Assembly (NCBI GenBank): GCA_046757165.1
Contig: JBHHXT010000014.1
Span: 1-49,628 of the forward strand
Origin: a bacterium
GTDB taxonomy: Bacteria > Zhuqueibacterota > Zhuqueibacteria > Oceanimicrobiales > Oceanimicrobiaceae
Reading direction: 5' to 3'
Length of the DNA stretch: 49,628 nucleotides
A program made the translations under genes and the position numbers. Shown in pieces: positions 45,397 to 49,628 of this stretch; position 1 is the stretch's first letter; every line of letters begins with the position of its first letter. The notes beneath the pieces are model-generated. The model had not been told where the DNA came from. It saw only the letters and a list, made by a program, of their open reading frames with translations, and searched no databases.

Positions 45397-46186
45397 CTTC
45401 ACCTCCTGCGCGAAGTTTACTCAAATAACGACCGTAGCCATCGTCGCCCAGCCAGTACTTGACCAGCTTATCGACCCCTCGCGTCGTGATGGTCGCGCCG
45501 GAGAGACCGTCGATCTGGTAGACGGACTCCGGCCGGTTGCCATCGACCTTCCCCTTGATCACCGTGATTTTGACCTGCCAGTCTTCGTCGTAGGCCAGTT
45601 TGCCTTTCCACAGCTTTTTCCAGCGCGCGTTGTCGACCTCGCCACCCAGTCCCGGGGTTTCGCCGTGCTCGTAGAACGTCAAGCCCTGGATGGTTTTCAA
45701 ATCGTTGCCGAGCGCCATGAAGCCATAGAGCGTCGACCAGAGCCCTTTGCCGTAGATGGGGAAGATCAGTTTTTCAACTTCGTCCTGTTTCTTGACCAGA
45801 TAGACGAGCATGTACTTGGGCGCTCGTTTGATCTGGGCGATGTCCTTTTCCGGTGGCACGGTAGCGCCGTATTCCGGATGCTCAGCCAGAGACTTGATGT
45901 CGAAATGCTCGATACTCAATTCCTCGTTGAACATCGTTTTATCGACCACCTCGCCGGTGGCCAGATCGATCACGACGGGCTCGATTACCTCCCGGTAGGT
46001 TTTCTCGATATCGGTCTTTGGGTCGTAGAGATCGCCTGCGATCAGGATATTCTTGATTCTATCCAACTGCCGGTTCTTGGTCTGAATGCCGTTGAGCGTC
46101 ACAGCTGCGGTCGAGACCAGGACAGAGCAGACAATACAGACGCCCAGGGCAATCTTGACAATGTTGCCGATGCTTTCATTCTGCAT
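45383..46186 (-). CDS. nqrC: Na+-NQR subunit C
   Basis: [16 protein letters not shown] and FMN site DGLSGAT. Confidence 0.97.
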   Translation of the reverse strand: MQNESIGNIVKIALGVCIVCSVLVSTAAVTLNGIQTKNRQLDRIKNILIAGDLYDPKTDIEKTYREVIEPVVIDLATGEVVDKTMFNEELSIEHFDIKSLAEHPEYGATVPPEKDIAQIKRAPKYMLVYLVKKQDEVEKLIFPIYGKGLWSTLYGFMALGNDLKTIQGLTFYEHGETPGLGGEVDNARWKKLWKGKLAYDEDWQVKITVIKGKVDGNRPESVYQIDGLSGATITTRGVDKLVKYWLGDDGYGRYLSKLRAGGEDEQG

Positions 46187-47378
46187 ATCGTGCCTGTCTC
46201 CTTTTGATATTCTTCTTGATAAAAATCTTGTCGATGATTGGCGCGAAGACGTTGCCGAACAAAATGGCCAGCATGATACCCTCCGGGAACGCGGGGTTGA
46301 TGACGCGAATGAGCACGGTTAGCGCGCCGATCAGCATGCCGTAAAACCACTGGCCTTGTTGGATCATGGCTGCGCTCACCGGGTCGGTCGCCATGAACAC
46401 CGTGCCAAACGCGAAGCCACCGAGCACGAAGTGTTGCAGCGGGGTGACCTGGAACATCGCGTTGGTAGCGCTGCCGATGGTGTTCAGCAGTGAGGACAGG
46501 CCGACCATGCCGATCACCACGCTCAACATGATGCGCCACGAGCCGATCTTGGTCGCGATCAAAATAAGCGCGCCGATCAAACAGGCCAACGTGGAGGTCT
46601 CGCCCATGGAGCCGGGGATGAGCCCGAGGAAGGCCTCTTTGACGGTGACCGACAGGTGGAGCACGGGGTCGGCCAGCTCCGCCAACGGGGTTGCGCGACT
46701 GAAGCCGTCGACCGCCACCCAGACGGCGTCGCCGGAAATGGCGGCCGGATACGCGAAGTACAGGAAGGCGCGGCCGGTCAAGGCGGGATTCAAAATATTC
46801 ATGCCAACGCCGCCAAAAATCTCTTTGCCGATCACGACCCCGAATGAGATCCCGATCACCGCCTGCCACCAGGGAAGGTCGGGCGGCAAGGTGAGTGGGA
46901 AGAGCAGACTCGTGACCAAAAAGCCTTCGTTGATTTCATGCCGGCGCACCGTTGCGAAGATGACCTCCCAAAACCCGCCGGCGGCGATGGTGATCAGATA
47001 GAGCGGCAGGAAGTACAGCACGCCATGCGAGACGTTGTCGAACAGGCTCTGCGGGTTGATGCCTGCGCCCAGAGCCGCCAGGACCGTGCCGCGCCATCCT
47101 GCGACGGCGGTCAGACCCAGCTTGTGCAAGGCCAGGTTGGCTTGCAATCCTGTGTTGTAGAGCGCCATCAAAATGGCCGGTGTCAGCGCCACCACGACGG
47201 TCATCATCATGCGCTTCAAATCCAGCGCATCCCGCACATGGGACGCTGCCCGGGTCACCGTGCCGGGCGTGTACAAGAAGGTATCGATCGCTTCGTACAG
47301 AGGGTAGAGCCGGGCGAGCTTGCCGCCCTGGACGAAATGTCTTTCTTGTTTGTCCAGGAAATTTCGTAAGAGCCTCAT
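46176..47378 (-). CDS. nqrB: Na+-NQR subunit B
   Basis: HVRDA.DLKRMM, NEGF.VTS.LF, FMN site [17 protein letters not shown] and [11 protein letters not shown]. Confidence 0.97.
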   Translation of the reverse strand: MRLLRNFLDKQERHFVQGGKLARLYPLYEAIDTFLYTPGTVTRAASHVRDALDLKRMMMTVVVALTPAILMALYNTGLQANLALHKLGLTAVAGWRGTVLAALGAGINPQSLFDNVSHGVLYFLPLYLITIAAGGFWEVIFATVRRHEINEGFLVTSLLFPLTLPPDLPWWQAVIGISFGVVIGKEIFGGVGMNILNPALTGRAFLYFAYPAAISGDAVWVAVDGFSRATPLAELADPVLHLSVTVKEAFLGLIPGSMGETSTLACLIGALILIATKIGSWRIMLSVVIGMVGLSSLLNTIGSATNAMFQVTPLQHFVLGGFAFGTVFMATDPVSAAMIQQGQWFYGMLIGALTVLIRVINPAFPEGIMLAILFGNVFAPIIDKIFIKKNIKRRQARYAE

Positions 47379-47391
47379 GGTTGTCCTTTTG

Positions 47392-48735
47392 CTATCCTTC
47401 CTTCTCAATAATCGTTAAGTTCCTTCTCAGCATCGGGCCGTAGTCCAGCTTCGAAGGGCAGACAAACGTGCAAAGCGCCAGGTCTTCTTCGTCCAGCTCC
47501 AGAGCGCCCAACTGCTCAGTATCCTCCACGTTGTCCATCGCCAGTGCGCGAACAAGAAACAGCGGCAGGATGTCGAGCGGCATCACTTTTTCCAAACTGC
47601 CGCTGGGCACGATGGCCCGTACGCCGCCATTGGTCGAGGTGGTGAAATTGAATTTTTTCCCGGGCAAAAGCCGTGACAGCACGATGTTCTTGACCGAGAA
47701 GAGATTCAGCCCCGGACTCAGCCAGCCCAGAAACTCCTTCTTTCGACCTTCAGGGAGCCCGGAGATTTGTTGATGATAGCGCCCGAGGAAGCCCGACCCA
47801 TCACTGGCCATGTGTCCGGAAAGCACGGAGCCAGAGATGATGCGGCTTTCGTCTTGTGTGGTTTCGCCCGCAACCAGCTCCTGCAGGTTGGCGCCCAGGC
47901 GGGTTTTGATCAGGCGGGGATTGCGAGCCGAAGGGCCGGCGAGCGAGACGATCCGGCCAACATTGATTCTCCCGGTCGTAAACAACTCGCCAACCGCCGC
48001 CACGTCCTGCGCGCCGATGTGCCACACTGTCTTGCCCCGGTGGACAGGGTCGAGAAAATGGATATGCGTTCCGACCAGTCCTGCCGGGTGTGGCCCGGCA
48101 AATTCCTCGACCGTGAGAGAGGCGATGTCCGCCGTCGGAATGTTTGCCCCCGGGGCTTTGCAGAGGTAAAGCTTGCCGTCGGTGAGTTTTGCCAGAGCAT
48201 GCAAGCCGTTCTTGAAGTGCCGTTCTTTGTTTTCCAGAATCGTCTCGACCGATGGCGCCAGCGGATTGGTGTCCATGGCGGTCACGAAAATAGCGTGCGG
48301 TGTCTCCTCCGGGTTGGCCACCTTGCTAAACGGCCTCGCCCGCAGCGAAGTCCACAGCCCTGATTCCAGCAGCAGTTCCCGCACTTTGTCCCGTTTGAGA
48401 CCATAGAGCTGGCTTTCGGAGTAAGATCGAAAGGTCACTTCAGCGCTGCCGGAAAGTTGGATGACCAGAGACAGGAACGTTCGCTTTGCGCCGCGATTGA
48501 TGGCCACAACTTTGCCCGCGCCAGGCGCTGTGTAGCGTACAGCCGGCATTTTCTTATCGCTAAAGAGCACTTGCCCCAGCTTGACATTGTCGCCAACTGC
48601 CACAGCCATCGTCGGTCGCATCCCCACGTAGTCCACACCCAGCAGCGCGACCTGTGTCGGTTGGTTGCCGGCGCTGACAACCTGCTGCGGCTCACCGTTG
48701 ATGGGGAGGTCTAATCCCCGCTGTATTTTGATCAT
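47392..48735 (-). CDS. nqrA: Na+-NQR subunit A
   Basis: [26 protein letters not shown] and [18 protein letters not shown]. Confidence 0.97.
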   Translation of the reverse strand: MIKIQRGLDLPINGEPQQVVSAGNQPTQVALLGVDYVGMRPTMAVAVGDNVKLGQVLFSDKKMPAVRYTAPGAGKVVAINRGAKRTFLSLVIQLSGSAEVTFRSYSESQLYGLKRDKVRELLLESGLWTSLRARPFSKVANPEETPHAIFVTAMDTNPLAPSVETILENKERHFKNGLHALAKLTDGKLYLCKAPGANIPTADIASLTVEEFAGPHPAGLVGTHIHFLDPVHRGKTVWHIGAQDVAAVGELFTTGRINVGRIVSLAGPSARNPRLIKTRLGANLQELVAGETTQDESRIISGSVLSGHMASDGSGFLGRYHQQISGLPEGRKKEFLGWLSPGLNLFSVKNIVLSRLLPGKKFNFTTSTNGGVRAIVPSGSLEKVMPLDILPLFLVRALAMDNVEDTEQLGALELDEEDLALCTFVCPSKLDYGPMLRRNLTIIEKEG

Positions 48736-48936
48736 TCAGGTATCCTTGCTTAACAGAACGCGAAATTGAGCCAAAATCAAAATCATCTAATAAAGCGCTT
48801 TCCTGCAAAAAAAACAAGTCAAAATTTGGTAAATTTGGATAAAGATGTCCGTATTCGTGCATGCGGCAGGTTCAGTCTTTGCTCCTGGAGCACGCCTGCT
48901 TACTTGCGTCATTCTTTCCTGGTCCAGATTGGGCAA

Positions 48937-49628
48937 TCAGTCGGCGCTGCCGGTCCGGAGTCGTCGCTGCAAAAGCTCCTTCACTGCCGGAGTGGGAGCT
49001 GATTTGCACGCTACATCCCGATAGCGTTTCGCTGTTTGGGGGGTTCCGCAGCGCCGATGCAAATCGGCCAGTACCTCAGCCCACAGGTAGGAGCCTGCCA
49101 GCCAGGTCGGTGGGTCAAAGCCCTCGAGAACGGCGAGACCGGCAGCGGGTCCGTGCCACTCCGCAACTGCTACCGCACGGTTCAGTTTGTGTAACGCAGA
49201 GGGGGCAACTCGCTCCAGCAATTCGTAACACCCCACCACTTTGTCCCAACGAGTCTCCTGAAACGAAGGGGCCAGGCAATGTTCCGCCGCGATTGCGGCC
49301 TCTGCGTGGTACCGGGAAAAGCGTTCGCCTTGCGCAGATTTGGCCAACCACTCTAAACCGACCTGAATTCCCTGCCGGTCCCAGAGCTCTCTGTCCTGCT
49401 CCTCTAAAAGGAGCAACCCACCGGAGACGTTCTGGCGAGCGGTCATCCGTGCTGCGTGTAGATGCATCAAAGCCATCAGGGCAAACGTTTCAGGAGTCTT
49501 CCCCACCCGGTGTTCGGCCAGAAGGGTAGCCAGTCGTATCGCTTCGTTACATAGCTCCCGGCGGATGGCCTGCTCCGTGTGGGAAGAAAGGTAGCCCTCG
49601 GTGAAGAGAAGGTACAGCACTTTGTTTA
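48937..49628 (-). CDS. C-terminal part of an ECF42-type sigma factor (DUF6596/TPR region), 5' end outside the window
   Basis: LYLLF.EGY, LC.EAIRL, L..QDR.LWD, Y..EAAIAA.H and LNRAVAVAE..GP..GL. Confidence 0.85.
   Translation of the reverse strand, partial: NKVLYLLFTEGYLSSHTEQAIRRELCNEAIRLATLLAEHRVGKTPETFALMALMHLHAARMTARQNVSGGLLLLEEQDRELWDRQGIQVGLEWLAKSAQGERFSRYHAEAAIAAEHCLAPSFQETRWDKVVGCYELLERVAPSALHKLNRAVAVAEWHGPAAGLAVLEGFDPPTWLAGSYLWAEVLADLHRRCGTPQTAKRYRDVACKSAPTPAVKELLQRRLRTGSAD

Noticed and set aside
48786..48822. Sigma70 promoter for nqrA (TTGACT on the minus strand)
   Set aside because: No convincing -10 box at 16-18 bp spacing.
1..49628. CRISPR arrays, tRNA/rRNA genes, transposases or integrases
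   Set aside because: None seen. Intergenic gaps are short and contain no regularly spaced repeats or recognisable RNA genes.

Overview
Bacterial DNA in which every gene I can support lies on the minus strand. Read in transcription order (right to left), it holds three blocks. (1) The 3' part of an ECF42-type sigma factor gene, cut by the window end. (2) A Na+-NQR operon, nqrABCDEF, followed by a truncated methyltransferase-like fragment, a stand-alone CBS protein, apbE and an nqrM-like gene. (3) After a palindrome-rich spacer, a ~40 kb flagellar supercluster of a diderm organism (P- and L-ring genes are present). Its order is: sensor-less kinase, sigma54 activator, flgB, flgC, orf, fliEFGHIJ, motE-like, fliK, flgD, TIGR02530-like, flgE, motAB (Na+-type signature), fliL, fliN, fliOPQR, two HD-GYP genes, flhBAF, 2-TM orf, fliA, orf, AMIN/TM protein, flgFGAHI, flgJ-SLT fusion, flgNKL, TPR, two GT2-TPR genes. 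Sigma54 -24/-12 elements precede flgB and flgF, and sigma28-like elements precede the kinase and flgF. The best candidate for an undescribed system is a putative RNase-fold flagellar protein sitting directly above a double-hairpin RNA element in the flgE leader. Other oddities are tandem HD-GYP paralogs with HDFGM in place of HDxGK inside the export operon, no fliM or flhG at their usual positions, a Cys-less FlgH with a hydrophobic C-tail, and two small orphan proteins sharing a G-x-x-hydrophobic-D-x-x-[AV] C-terminus. All family calls come from motif recognition by eye and no database search was run. The taxonomy (possibly a KSB1/Calditrichota/Ignavibacteria-like lineage) is only a guess from gene order.
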